Shown: positions 26,381-40,312, numbered from the stretch's first letter. The stretch: 64,000 nt of DNA from Botryllus schlosseri (GCA_051294905.1 CM119371.1:35404001-35468000), one strand, 5' to 3'. The notes: generated from the letters alone by a model not told the origin. Numbers and translations: made by a program.

Positions 26381-29300
26381 GCTTCCCCTTAGAACTACAG
26401 TAAAAGCATAGCAACATTTCAAAATTTAGATTAGAATTATATTACCGACATTGCCCGCTTATTAGTCTATTAATTGAATGACTGGTTCAACTGATATGAC
26501 CATGGCAATAGCAACAATGACATCAGATAATATATCCACCATCCGTCACCTTTCCTGTCGGCATCCCCACGATCAAGGTGTCGTGTCTGGCCGCAATGCG
26601 ACCCGCAGTATGGCGGCGGCCGTGTCTCGGAGCTGTAGGAGCGGCTGCAAAGGCAGGTGCCACCATCACTCTTGAATTAGCGGCCAGCATATTGACGATA
26701 TGGAGAATTCAAGTAGGTGAGTATCGCTACGGTAGGCCTACTTCAACGAAATACGGTATAGGTGTTGACTAAACGCCAACCCATGTCTGCCATACATCTC
26801 CACGGTGTGATGGGAGCAAAGACGTATTCAGGATGACTATTGGGGCTGGGTGAGAGTGGATGATTTTATATAATGTAGCGACGTCATTGATATCAATTGT
26901 GATCATGTAAAAATGAATAAATTCACAATGTCGATGTCGAAAAGTCAGATTAGACATTAATACCTTTCGCCCGCTTCCAGAAGTCATACGTAGCGAAGTA
27001 CTTATTCGGAATACTCAATAGATTTTGCCTCCTTGGACTACTCTACTCAAATAATGATATTTTTATACTTCGCCTACTTCAATTTCACAAGATACTTAGG
27101 CTAGTTGGCAATTTGCTTTTCACAGATTAGATTTTAAGTATAAAATGTAGTTTTGTGACATGTTTACATCACTTTTTCGAGCGAAATCATGTTAACAACT
27201 GGTTGAAATAGCCCCTGTCTGAATATATCGCCGACAATTGCAACTATTTGTTGTCCCGCTAGTCATTTAGTGTCAATGGTAGAGTTGCACACTACCATTT
27301 TGAAACTAGTCACCTCCCACCAACTGCTAATAGTATGCGTCCCGTCGTCCAAATTTTCTTTTTGAAACTACGTATTGAGTCGTTTTGGCATATCTTGGAA
27401 ATCGCTGTCTCTATGTGTAATTGAGTATACATTCAAGGCGCTACTTCTACTTGAGTATCAACGTTGACTCATTTGATCACCTCCGTTCGCTACGCCCCTG
27501 GTTAGGGCGTACAACTGGATGATAACTGGACCGGGTGATAACTGACAACAGTTCGGAGTACATCAACAATGATATTGAACCTAATCCCTCCTTTTCGATA
27601 AATAAATCCAAGTCTAATCCCCAGTTTAAAACATGGGTTTGATTTCTCCCTGGGGAAAACGCAGCTTTTGATGGTATCGCTCTAAATCGATTCACGGGTG
27701 TCAGCATCAGCCGGAAATCGGCCGTAACCTCTTGGGAATTGAATCCCAAACCGGTGGCTCGTGAATAAATCGTGAAGCCTTGAAGGTGACACTGACAATA
27801 AATGAACTATTTACAATGAAAGCTATCGTTGTTTGGGCAATGGACAATACCCGCCATAAAAGACAACTGAATGGTGCTACATAACATATTTAACGTAATA
27901 TAGACGATGGTATATACCCCCATCGAGCTTAGTGACGCATAAACGTAAATCCCGTACAACATCTCGGTAACCTCAATTGTCATAATTCGTATACGACCAC
28001 GATGCTGACCTTCGCCTAACAACACGAATGCCACTGCGATTCTACACACCGAGTCGAAAATCCAGCGATCTATTTATTGTTGGTTGACGCTAGAGCGAAT
28101 TAAATATTGAACAGGCTACGAAAGAACTGTAGGCAAGATTGGAGATGGGGATGTTGCCTTTTTGGGATCACGTTACCCTACCTGTAGATGTAGCTAGTGG
28201 CGAAAGTCCAACGAAATTCCGAATTGTGATTATCTATTTTATATGTCCATCATCATCAAATCGCATTTATTCGGTAAAGTATCGCGTCGGGCAGTGATGG
28301 GAATAAATTATTCATGTTACGACACCTTGCGAAGATTTGATATGGATGGCGCGAAACGAGAGACGAGTCTGGCGTGACGTAATTAGTTGTTTTGTCGGCC
28401 CAACACATGGGTTCTCTCTCTGGCGGTATGCAAGCAAGGCTTTTCATCGCTCCTCTTACAGTTGTGAGCAAGGTTTCTAAAGCATGTGCAATGTGCATGA
28501 TGAAGAACAAGTTCCGTGCCACTTTTTATGAAAATAAATTATGCGCGTGTGCCTTTCCAAAACATTTCCAAGAATAGCTGTTCTCTTGAAGAAGTATCAA
28601 GCTGATCAATCGCATTGAATGTGAGAAATTATGTTCGAAAGTAGGTATACAGTTTGTCGTGTTTAATTGCGTGTACTAGATGCTGCATTGTCTTAAAAGG
28701 TACGCCTTTATGCAGATAAATCAAAAGGGCAGGACACGTTGTTAAAAATCTTTTAGAACCAATGGACTGCCTCGATAAAGCGTGTTAGAGCGACATCTTC
28801 CGCGTGAGACTTGTGGCGAATATCGCAAGATTAGAAAATCGATACAAAAGGACAACATTCTTCAATATAAAGCTATTGATTGATAACATAGGATACTTTG
28901 AAGCGCCTTTGTCGATGATCTACAAACAAACGTACATACGCTATAAGGAGAGAAATGAGATATATCTCGACAATTAAAAATAAAATATATGAATGGAATA
29001 TGTACCTTTATGGGGACATCAGCAAACGAGTGGTCATCGAAGCTTAATATACATTTATTCAAGATGGATATGGAAGGAGATCATGGAATAAAAAACATCT
29101 TGGGGTATTTATCATATTTTTGGTGAATCGTCACACGCACACACATACACAAACACAATGCACAGATATATACAACAGTTTGCGTTGGTTAGGACATCGT
29201 TGTATTAAGACTGATCAAATGACCAATGACCAATCTGTGTACTATGTTGTAAGGATTTGATTCGGGTTTAGGTAGCTCAAAACGTGTTACCAGGAACAGT

Positions 29301-29937
29301 AAATGAGTAACAAACGATCTCATTTTCGAGTGAAATTTTCTGGAGACGATAATTGTACTTTTCCATGCGTTCTAAATGGCTCATTTCACAGCAACTACCG
29401 AGCAGATTTCCAATATCCCGTTCTGTAATCTTTGTATGTTCGGAATGTACCATTCCTTCCGTAATGTTAAGTCCGTATGAAACTAACCTAGAGTAATTCT
29501 GATATTTACCTTACGCCCAGTGCCAACGCGTTTTAAACCTAAACCGGAGTTTCAACTGCGACTCATGTGACATTCACATCACATCCCTGTGTGGTCTGGA
29601 ATGGGGATGGTGTGAACGTGAGGTTCACATTCGCGTTCTATGTGTGAACCTCATATATCTAGAGGTTTGCGTTCACAAACGAGCCTCGGTAGGTTCTGCA
29701 CTGCGAACCTTTTTCATAAATTACATGCTTTGGTTGAAATTCATTGCATTTCAACTTAGGACCACTCAATGCGGTGCTGGCAGCATGAAAAAATCAACAC
29801 TAAACGGGCATGCACCAATCTCAAAAATGTTACTTGCTTTGTCATAAAAGTTTGCTCGAAATATTCAGCTTTTTGTTTGTGAATATTTGATGACTCTCTG
29901 CTGTTAACTAGTCCCGCAATCACACAACTTCAAGAAT

Positions 29938-30196
29938 ACTCTGTTGCGCCGATAGCAGACGATATATATAAACGTAAGATCTTGGTAGCTTTCTCACTCT
30001 ATTTAACGTCCACTTGCGAATGATTATAACTTTATTAGTTACACGAGCTTTCGGAGCGCCGCTCCTTCATCAGGCTTTCGCTTTGACACCTGGATGAAGG
30101 AGCGGCGCTCCGAAAGCTCGTGTAACTAATGAAGTTATATTCATTCGCAAGTGGACGTTAATTAGAGTGTGAAAGCTACCAAGATCTTACGTTTAT
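29938..30196. mobile_element. Penelope-like inverted pLTR insert with hammerhead motifs
   Basis: Inverted arms of about 110 bp (29966-30074 / 30089-30197), a 12-bp flanking duplication AACTTCAAGAAT (29926-29937, 30197-30208), and hammerhead cores in both arms. Confidence 0.75.
30041..30123. ncRNA. Two opposite-strand minimal type-I hammerhead ribozyme motifs
   Basis: Minus strand: CTGATGA-A-GGAGC(GGC)GCTCC-GAAA-GC-TC-GTGT. Plus strand: ACAC-CTGGATGA-A-GGAGCGGCGCTCC-GAAA-GC-TC-GTGT (stem I ACAC/GTGT, one extra G in the core). The palindrome AGCT replaces stem III. Confidence 0.7.
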
Positions 30197-33100
30197 AACT
30201 TCAAGAATGAAATACATTACACGTAAGAGGTCAGAGAATATTCAACAAATCAATGCAATTGATATAAAGAATACATCGTTGTCTAATGTAAAATATATAG
30301 CATGCGTACGAATTCCATCTTTATTTTGATATCTTTGTTGTATCATAAAAACCAAATCCGTACGACGGGGGTGTTGGCTACTGTATAACATGTTTACGGG
30401 GTGATATCGGTAGAAAGTAAAGAAACTGTTTTACACTCTGCTCAATATCAATGTAGTAATAGTCAAACGCCGAATACAATGTCCGGTCTGATCTAGACCT
30501 AAGGCGTAAGCTTATATTCTCTTGCAAGTCATCGTCGAAATTCTTGGCAAAGCGGCGGAAGATATTGGTTCTATGGGATTATTATAGCATTTGATTGCTC
30601 CAGTTGATAGCCTACATTTGGTGACGTAAAAAGTCAGAATTGTGTCATAATGTGGCCGGAGTTGTCGATGTATGTATCGTGCATATTAATACCGGTAAAT
30701 CACTTCCCTAAAATGTAGGGTTGAAATTAGCAATATGACGTCATGAGACCTCAGAGGTTCACGTTCGCGTTCGCACGAACCTCAGCCTTTCAGGGGTTTG
30801 CCCCATCCCTAGTCTAGAAGTCGCCGACCATATGCCGAGATTGTTTAGACGCGAGTTCCGAAATATATCTTGGCAAGAGCTCGCGTCTCAACAAAGTAAC
30901 AACGTTGTTTGAACTCAAGTTCTAGTTCAAAAACGTCAGTGCACTCGGTCGGTACATGCTCTGAAATCACATTTAAACATCAAATTCTTACCATAATTCG
31001 GCCACACAAATTTGGTTCCCTCTTTTTGTCGTCATCATTTGTTTTAATTTCAGCCATCCGAAAGTGAAGGATTTCCACACAGGCACAAAATTCGATATTA
31101 AGTTGAACTCTAGAAGGTTTCTGTGTGTGACTGTATGCGTATTTCCTGATGGATAACTACAAGAATAGTTTTGGTAATTTAACGTCCATCGTGAGTTTCC
31201 GGCAAGCTATAGATATCCCTTCAAACTTCTAACATACATATTCTAGACTTCTAAACTTTATTCCGAAACCTTTCGTAAGGTGAACATATACTTATGAGTT
31301 ATACCCGAAACCTGTTGAAGCTGTATAATTACTATACATTTTTACCAAAGCAAAGCAGTGCGCTATGCACAATACTGCGTCTTTACTATGCGACCTGGCT
31401 TCTCTCTCTAATAAATGTAAGGCAAACTTTTCAATCTGCAGAGTATGATTAACACTTAAATCGCTGGCGACTGTCACTTTGATCATACATCTTATGATTT
31501 TAGTGATCCGGAGCTTTTATGGGAGCATATGGTCAGATGGTAATGAGATTCGTTAGGCATATTTCGATATCGAAATGGATCTTGACGGATATATAGGTCG
31601 GCGGAAAGTAAGATTGTGGTATGCACAAAAATCGATTTGATTGATATGATTCAATATTCTGATCTTCTTGCTTTCTTGCTAATTAATTATGCCGTGAAGC
31701 AAAGATAATGATCTGATAATTGGATCGTGCCATAGTGTGTTCACTGTTCACGGTAGGATCGAGACCTACCATTGACAAAGCATACGTGTTTTTACCTTAT
31801 TACGGTATCAACTACGAATTCTTTACTCTGTTGCGTCGCTTGCATACTGAATATATGATATTCGCCGGCTCAACGGTTCGAAATGTGTGATTTTCATTGA
31901 ACTGCAACGCTGATGCTAGTAAGGTGTGGCGTCTGTTGCGACTATCTCTTGGAGACATTGTTGAGTCACTATCCACGTCAAAGTTGTGATAATAACAATT
32001 TATAGTAGCGGTTGCACGGGACCTTTCAATTAGCTGCTTTAGCTCACACCCAAGATTTGACTTCATAAAACATCGTATATATATATTGAAGTTACATGTG
32101 CTGCCCCATTCAATCACCACAGCAGTTTATAGCTATTGATACAATTCGGCTATGGGTAGGTATGTTACAGTTACTCGTGATCGAATACAGATTGCTTGTA
32201 TTGGGATCTGGACACCCCATTTCGGCCTTATTCTGAAAGAAAAAATTATTCATTGTGGCAATTTTATCGACGACTTACAGGTTTGTTTGAATATTTCGCA
32301 ATAATGGCATCAATCCCGAATCATCAAGATTCGTAAATAAAGAAGCGTATACGTGGACTAGATTGCGATTGATCTGAACGTCCTGACTCGTAAAACCACG
32401 GGCGACTTCATATGACAATCCTAGTGCCTTAGCATCGCACAGGAGAACAGCGATCGGAGAATAGCTATCTGAGCATGACATATAAATCATAACCTACGAT
32501 TAGAAACATGAGTCGCCCTGTTCGTGTCAATTCTAATCTTTCTAAAGCTACCTAGCTTACAATACAAGTACAATGAAATCAAATATATAGACATCCGAAT
32601 GTGCGGAATGCCGTAGAGACTTTTATCGCTGGAGGCACGTCATCATAATTCGAATACTTTTTAGTGGTAACGAAATCAGGACAAATCCCAAGTGGTGGCA
32701 TTATCGTGAAAATTGAAAGTGCATGAAATAAATTATTGGATTGTCTCATGCTGCTGCGTATATTTTCGGTATACTCGGGTCACACGCATTCTGCGATTCT
32801 GGAATCAATGCATCCCAATAATGAGCCTGTCACAGGTAAGAAGAAGCTTCGGCCCTTTGCAATTAAGATAGTGCGGGAACAGATAATTGCCTTACAGGTT
32901 TGTAATACATGGTAAGATATTGCGCCGTGTTGATAGTCACCATTGTATTTGGTGCATGTATCATTCATAAGTATGCAATTAGGTCGAGGACATATTAATG
33001 GAGGCAAGATTTAGGGGAAGCTGTTACGTTTTGAATTCGGCAGTTGCATTCGTGAAATATTAATAATTTGGATTATAGGTTTGGTGGTATTTTCACTCCG

Positions 33101-33267
33101 GCGATGTTCTGACGCGGCGATTAGTTCCATTTTGAACTATACTAATACCGAATATGCTCATTGTGCATATCTCCACCAGAACCCATTATCAATAAAACGT
33201 GAACATTAAAACTCTCGTTAATTGTGTCTTGTCTTTGCTACGTGCGAGGCATAACTCTCTCGAACCA

Positions 33268-33706
33268 GGTTCTATACCAATACCGAGAAAACCATTACCT
33301 AGAATGGACATTACCGAGAATGCCATTACCGAGAATGGACATTACCGAGAATGGACATTACCGAGAATGGTCATTACCGAGAACGGACACCACCGAGAAT
33401 GGACATTACCGAGAATGGCCAAGGTCAAGAATATAGCTTACTGGGACTGACCTTGTCGAGAAATTTATACCTGAGCATCGATACCGAATGTGGCAACGCC
33501 GTGATGCACTCACACGACCTGTACATATGCATAACATGCCTGCATTGCATATATTGCATTCTCGGTAATGTCCATTCTCGGTGGTGTCCATTCTCGGTAA
33601 TGTCCATTCTCTGTGGTGTCCATTCTCGGTAATGTCCATTCTCGGTGGTGTCCATTCTCGGTAATGGCATTCTCGGTAATGGTTTTCTCGGTATTGACCG
33701 GACACC
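33268..33706. mobile_element. Mutator-like MITE with inverted internal minisatellite arms
   Basis: 9-bp TSD CTCGAACCA (33259-33267, 33707-33715); arms built of ACCGAGAATGGACATT repeats and their reverse complement. Confidence 0.87.
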
Positions 33707-33825
33707 CTCGAACCAAGCCTCTGCGCTCGGAAACTTTTAAGTCGCGGCACACCTCTCAAGTAGCTCGCGTATCCTACATATCACCCCATTTTACGAATAC
33801 ATAGCACTAGCTGCAGCATACATGC

Positions 33826-34090
33826 TGTTGTTTGTAGTATTCATGGTGTGTGTCGACTACTATGGTCATTTACACCATGCCAATATTCAATATTTTTATT
33901 CCGTAGCTGCCGACTTGTAGCCATGCCCACTTCTAGGCTTTTATAAGACACCGCTTACACGGATGAGATGGCTAGGAGGAGCCTAGATAAACCTCCAACA
34001 CTTTGGTAGGAATTAGGTGTAGTCGACCTCGGTCGTACTCGAACCTGCAACCCATTGGTGTTGCAGCTGTGGATTATACCACTACGTTAT
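33826..34090 (-). mobile_element. tRNA-derived SINE
   Basis: The minus strand reads TAACGTAGTGGTA (A-box-like) ... GGTTCGAGTAC (B box); the body is shared with 4440-4600 and 26220-26300. Confidence 0.7.
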
Positions 34091-34189
34091 CTAACCACCT
34101 AGCTTACATGCTGTTATCGTCTATATCTCTACAGAGTTATAAATACACATCACGTAAAAGGCGATGAGTTCGAAAACTCATTTACTTAC

Positions 34190-34258
34190 CATGGATTTAC
34201 AAGTCCGATCGTTGAGATCTTGCTGCTTGCCTCTTCCGGCATGTTGCGTGCTGAGCAT
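34190..34258 (-). CDS. Candidate first coding exon of the DPP6/10-like gene
   Basis: Encodes MLSTQHAGRGKQQDLNDRTCKSM followed by a consensus donor GTAAGT in phase 0, matching the phase-0 acceptor of the TM exon. Adding it gives about 846 aa. No homology support. Confidence 0.45.
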
Positions 34259-36551
34259 TACTCTCTTTCTAGAACTTGAACTTTGAAAATTCCAAAATCA
34301 AACCATGTTTTTATATAACCTATACGACAGGTGAGGCAGCGATAATTTTCTGAAATATAGCGAAATATGATTGTGAAAAGTATGTTTTTTACCCCAGTAC
34401 TTTTGATGTAAGAACATCAAATCCTAGCTGAGAGTTTGGCTCCGACATATTCTCAAGGTAATAGTATCGTCACGACAACAACAGTGGTGCTGATCGCCGC
34501 GAGAAGGTGTCGGTATGATGATTCAAGTAGTCGAATCAAAACTGAGTATGTAACTTTAATGAATCGATTATTTCACGGGTTCCAACCATCGCATATCGTA
34601 TACGTCTGCTATATCGGGTGGTATTCGTCCGTGTGCTCATACAATATGTTTTTCAGAAAGTATTCACACAATTATGGCATTATGCAACTTGATAGAAAAC
34701 AATTTTTTTAAGTCCCTTCTTTAAAACATGTTTTAAACAAAGTGTTTTAAACCACCATTTGTTTTAAATGACACCCTATAATTGTCACTGTGTGCAATGA
34801 ACCAGCTAGATATTGTCAAAACAAATTCAAATAGACTGTAATGTGACGTAGATATGGCATTGCATTAACATGTCACTCTTCACTTTTCTGCTATACTCCT
34901 GCATCCATGGGTATTTTATAGCTACGTGCTATCAACTTTATAATAATCGTCATAAACTTGATAAAATGTCATCATTTGTCTTGGGCGACAAGGGACTAGG
35001 TAGTACTACCTATCGCCATCGGCCAGTCACGAAAATACATCATCAGATAGAAGTCTGTTACACAATGATCTGTATGAATCACGCTTAAACCCAACATAAA
35101 GTACTAGAATACAAGCTATGTTGTGTCGCCAAGATTGTTTCTTCTATATATTGTTGCCATAGCTGTAGTTTGACACCATCAAAGTGGAATATAACATGAT
35201 ACTTACATAATTAGTAGGGTATACGGAAGTTTCTCAGTGAGAGTAAAGATATATGAAGATCGTACAGCCCGCACAAAGGTATATGTTCACTGTTCTATTG
35301 CTAGACTTTGTGGTCATCAGCTATAATTACATATATTGTAGTCATGTGGCCAATATAACCTACGGTTTCGTGACTTTCAGAAAACTTGAATGTAACCTTG
35401 GCGCCATAAGCTGGCAATAGGCTTTTCTTTCAAGATAGCGGGTAACGACTTCCTTCTACAGAAATCAAATCTGAATTTTATCCTGTATATAAACACGTTT
35501 GCGTTTGATCCATGAAATTTAAATAGCGATACTCAAATGTCGCGAGCGCATGTAAACGAATTTGCATCGATTTAAGGCGGGCACGACAATAGGCAGTCGA
35601 ATCCAATAACTATTATGCTCATCTGCACTCAGATATTTGAAATGCGATAATCATAGAACAATATAACCAGTCGGCGGTGCAGCCCTGTGTCCGAATCAAG
35701 GAAAAGAATTTCGACATTTCACCCCCTGTCGCATGATATATTAGCCATCTTACATGAACAACATGGATATACTTTTCAAATTTTATATGTGGGTCATTCG
35801 CGACAAATGTCTGGCATATATACTTTTAAACTGAGCTACGATAGTTTTCAAACCTCTTATGGTCATGGCTGTTACCACTTGGTCCGGATTCTTGACTATA
35901 CACTGACACCATTCCAGGTCATGCTGGCATCATACTGAATACAGAACGAAATTCATTACCATTCGTATGAAGGAATCAGAAACTACCATTTCCCAACCGG
36001 TATCAATCAATAAATTCTCATCACAACACAATATCATTCAGACGCTGACAAGATAATCCTACAGAGGCCAGGATCATCTATCGGATCATCTAAGAGACAG
36101 ATTTCTAATTATTGCACAGCTACAACCGTTGAGTCTGCATTAAATGGAGTCATATCACGTAACGGCTGGCATATCTTGTTTACAGGCTCATAATATCATT
36201 CCCGAGTAGGGTGTTCGCTGAGGCAAGTTTGGGTCGCTGGACTTGGAGCTATTCTTTGCTTCGCCGGGTTACCTCCAGATTTGTCGCATACCTCATGATT
36301 GTGCGCTGGATTTTGTTTACATGACTAATATAAATTAATCATGCTGCTTCCAATATTGATATTGAATAATCTCTCCGTCACCTCTCTCTCCCACGGTTTT
36401 GCGTTCGCACCATACTGGATACAATATCAATGATGCATGATCGGGAGATAGTATGCTACCTGATTACGACTAATATAGAATTCTATGACACCTTCCAATT
36501 TTGATCGAATAGTAGACTGTCTTATTAACCAAGTCACTGACACTCTTACAC

Positions 36552-37169
36552 CATAGTGTCCTATATGGTGTGGACGCAAGCTAATGTCACGGCTCAGTGA
36601 AATTGGTCTACGTCACGCATTCCATTTGGTGAAGGGCAATTTGACGGTAATTTTTGACCGGTTTGCCGAGCATTAAATTCGATAAAATGGGTATCAATCG
36701 AAAGCTGCCGTGGTACTGATTGCGGAAATATAAATTTTATTCTGCTCGTGATCCTGGAACCCCCCAAATCTGCCTCGAATGTTGCATTGTACCAGAGTTT
36801 GGTATTGTGTCTGAGCAGCTCAGGAGGAAGTGCGCTCGAGAGTGAGAGTTTGAATGCTCAATCGGTTGCGCAACAATGGTCAATACGCTTGCGGTTGCGG
36901 TTTGCGCTGCTTCTCACCTGCTCCCCGACGGCATGGTTGCGTCACAATACCGTACTCCGTTTCCATGCAGCATTTAAGGCTGATTTTGGTGGGTTCCAGG
37001 ACCACGGGCAGAATAAAATTTAGCTTTCGATTGATACCCATTTTATCAAATTTAAAGCTCGGCAATTCGGTCAAAAATTACCGTCAAATTGCCTTTGACC
37101 AAATGGAAAATGTGACGTAGACCAATTTCTCTGAGCCGTGCTTGTGCCCACGCCATATAGGACATTATG
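36552..37169. mobile_element. P-element-like foldback MITE
   Basis: CATAGTGTCCTATATGG...CCATATAGGACATTATG, inverted arms of about 230 bp, 7-bp TSD CTTACAC/ATTACAC. Confidence 0.85.
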
Positions 37170-38916
37170 ATTACACAAATACTGCAAATATAGTACAACA
37201 ACGCTCTTCAATGCAGTTAGCCAAGAAATTGCTATACCAGGGGGTGATATTGTGCAAGCAGTCTTGTGTGACCGTGTGGTGATTTCCTTACGGAGTATAG
37301 GGAGTGTAGGGAGTACAGCCCATAGGCTGCTAAATTTGATTATTTACGAATAAACCAATGATTCTCAAGCCCAAACGTGAGCCACAATTCAGATTTATTT
37401 CACATGTATCGATGTATGCCTAAATAGAAATCCTCTTTGCCTCGAGTGACCACTGTCATATTAGATTCGGCAGTCTGATTCTTCATTTCCATTACATGAA
37501 TGCAGGAAGAATTTTTCCAATAGAAAATTTGTTCGCGAGCTAATATGGTTGAGAACCGCTGAAATAGGCGTGACGATGGCTCATTGGATTTCCTCATACA
37601 TTGCACAGGTATACAACTGAGTAAGTTTGGTTCTGCGCTATGAAAGTAATATCACGCTACGCTAAACCATGATGAGGTGACAGCAGCGGAAAATGTCATG
37701 AAACATACTACTGAAGATTGCGTACGTAATATAAGTCTATAAGTAAAGGAGCATGCCGACAAACCTGACGATGCGCTTTCGTTAAGCTGTTTAAATTTGC
37801 GCGGGAATATTACATTGAAAGTTAGCTAGTCAGTAAACTTGATAAGTAGGCCTACATAGTCACCTGATTTCATTTTCGCCTATAAGCTTGACATGGCCGA
37901 GATGACAAATTTACCTGTATAAATTTGAAAATCCAACTAATCGCAAAATATCGCCGGTTTATGCAGCTCGTCATAAATTAAATGGCAATGCCGCATCACG
38001 ATCAGTTACAACTGATGCCTCATCGTTAATCTAAATTAGTACATTGGCTCAGCGATTACAAAATCATCCCTTAAACACGTCGTCCATTGCGAATGAATTG
38101 CACAAGGAATCATTATAACTGCATAAAATACGGGTGTATTTAGACCTGCCTTGTCACAACGCTACTAAATTGCGATGTATATTATTTCAGAGGTTTTATT
38201 TAGCGCAGGAAATTGCCTCGAAGGCGATGGGATCGATATATTCATTTTATTTTACAATAGCTTTTGGATCGCGAGAAATGTACGGCCCTTCTTAATGTGA
38301 CACTTGAGTGGCGGTTTAGTCAAATCGGATGAAGTATACACACACATATAAATGTACCTGAGTTGCTATATGATGCCAGGCTCGCGAATTGTTGCGTCTC
38401 AATAGGAACAATGATATAATACCCATAAATTAATTACGATAATACAGAGGTGGTGTTTCATATTTTATAGTTACCTAAATTCAGTATTAGCAATCCCTAC
38501 GACTACGTCCATCGTCCCATTTCCCATTTACATTCAGAATGTCTCTATTGCGCACTACACAATCGACGACGACATTGTAACCAGCCAGGAGGCTTCTGAT
38601 AATCCCGTTCGCTACTGGGAAGAAAGGGGTATGTCTATTGTCTATAGAGGGAGTATTATTATGGGAAAGTTGCAATTGCACAAAATTAAATCACAGAATA
38701 TTAACGTTGAGCCCACAGGTGTTCGAAAAATGTTGGTCACTTTTCAATTTTGGGCCATAACATGTTCCAGATTGGACGATGGAGTATTTCATTTGCCCTA
38801 AATACATTATAAGCATCTCAAATTATTGTCATGCATGGGTGATCAGAGTCCGATCAACACAAACCAACCTGCAATTATTTCTCCTGCTCGCACGTTAATC
38901 ATTACTTTCCACACAG

Positions 38917-39162
38917 GTACACACCTTGTATTGGCTTGGCCCTGAGAATCCAGTATTGTTCGGCGATTCTCGTTACCTCTTTTACAACATTCTTCCATTC
39001 TTTACAATATTTGTTGGCGTTTCGACTCCTTTCGTTCATCTCTTTATTTCCCGAGAATTCAAAACAATATTTTGTAAACGCAGTCGCCGTAGTTCAGTGA
39101 CCAGAGCACCGGTCTCTCTACCTGCAGGCCCGCATTCAAAGCAGGTCAGATTGTCACCATGA
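38917..39162 (+). CDS. Probable terminal exon of a rhodopsin-like GPCR (TM7, helix 8 and C-tail)
   Basis: Acceptor TTTCCACACAG followed by VHTLYWLG...YLFYNILPFFTIFVGVSTPFVHLFISREFKTIFCKRSRR. TPFVH-LFISREFK resembles NPxxY-x5/6-F(R/K), followed by a Cys and a basic, Ser-rich tail. Confidence 0.55.
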   Translation, partial: VHTLYWLGPENPVLFGDSRYLFYNILPFFTIFVGVSTPFVHLFISREFKTIFCKRSRRSSVTRAPVSLPAGPHSKQVRLSP

Positions 39163-39910
39163 AACAGTGGTTTTTGTGTTCCATGGTACACTAGACATTC
39201 CGTGAGCCAGTCTCATGGGTTCCGACCGAGGCGGTAAAGACACACACTCAACTCACAAATGATTTGTGATGATACGTCCGTCTTGACCATCATTGGTTGC
39301 AAGTAGGCCTGATGAGTAGTCGAAAGGTGGCTGTTGTGGTGATAGCCTACTACGTGTTCAGAGGCGTAGACTACGAAGTGGATGCTGGAGTTCTCTGTGA
39401 CCCCGTCCTCCTGAAGTGACAATTATATCTCCAGTATATACAAGTTTATTTGTTCAGTTGGTTTCACGCTATTGCCTTTCAAAAGAACATTTGGCCTACG
39501 ATCACATTTCCATGGTGAAGCGTCGCATCTCTGAAATTGCTATCTGATTGGGAATATCAGAAGTCACGTTGCTTTGCAATAAATATTCATTACAATGAGT
39601 TCGTTTTCTGTGATATATTATAACAGTTTTGTTTTTTTAACGCTCTGTTGATGCACAGGTTATTGGTACACCAGTAATCTATGTAGCAATGTATTTAGGT
39701 ACACTAGTTCGATGTGTATTGCGGTATATTCTTGTTTAATGACCCAGCGAAACTTTGGGGTTCCGCGAGGTTTCCAGATTAGCGTAAGCTCAGGATTGAA
39801 TTCCAATTCGCAGGCACACACAATAATACACTGTTGAATTTCGCCGCATGATTCAAGAGCTATCAGCAAAGAACGGGCAGTTGCTCGTCTCTGGCGACAC
39901 TTCATTCAAT

Positions 39911-40242
39911 TCAGGGTTTCTCAAACCTTTCCCCGTCACATACCACTAATTTGTTTTTTACCACACAGCGTATACCACTAACTTGTTTACACCGCATGTC
40001 GTACCACCTGAATTAGGCCACTAGACTTATTTTACTTGAATGTACCGATGTTTGTTGGTAATTCCCGTTAGTACTATATCGCAACACCAACGGATAGTAA
40101 GGAAGCACAATTTTATGAGATAATTGCTACTGTTTCTTATGCAGAAGCTCGCCAATTACTCACAGTACTCTTCGCGTATCCCCTAAGAAGCTCTCGTGTA
40201 ACACTGCGGTCGGCGTAGCCTACCACACTTTGAGAACCACTG
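39911..40242. mobile_element. hAT (Charlie-like) MITE, decayed
   Basis: Ends CAGGGTTTCTCAAAC ... TTTGAGAACCACTG with GTACCAC subrepeats. Confidence 0.65.
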
Positions 40243-40312
40243 GCTAATTACTCTTTACTTAATTTGCTTAGCTCCCATAAGCATCAGTAACATTTTGTGA
40301 AATGCGTAGTGA

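Larger units (their letters stand above)
29602..30811. mobile_element. hAT-type element (same family as 18969-19968) with a nested retroelement insert
   Basis: Ends TGGGGATGGTGTGAAC ... CCCCATCCCTA, TSD GTCTGGAA/GTCTAGAA, colinear with 18969-19968 except for the insert at 29938-30196. Confidence 0.88.

Noticed and set aside
27477..33007. Assorted 60-100 aa ORFs in the presumed first intron
   Set aside because: No recognisable domains or consistent exon chain that I can support.
33199..33804. Repetitive ORFs (ENGHYREWTLPRMDIT)
   Set aside because: Translations of the MITE's internal minisatellite in several frames.
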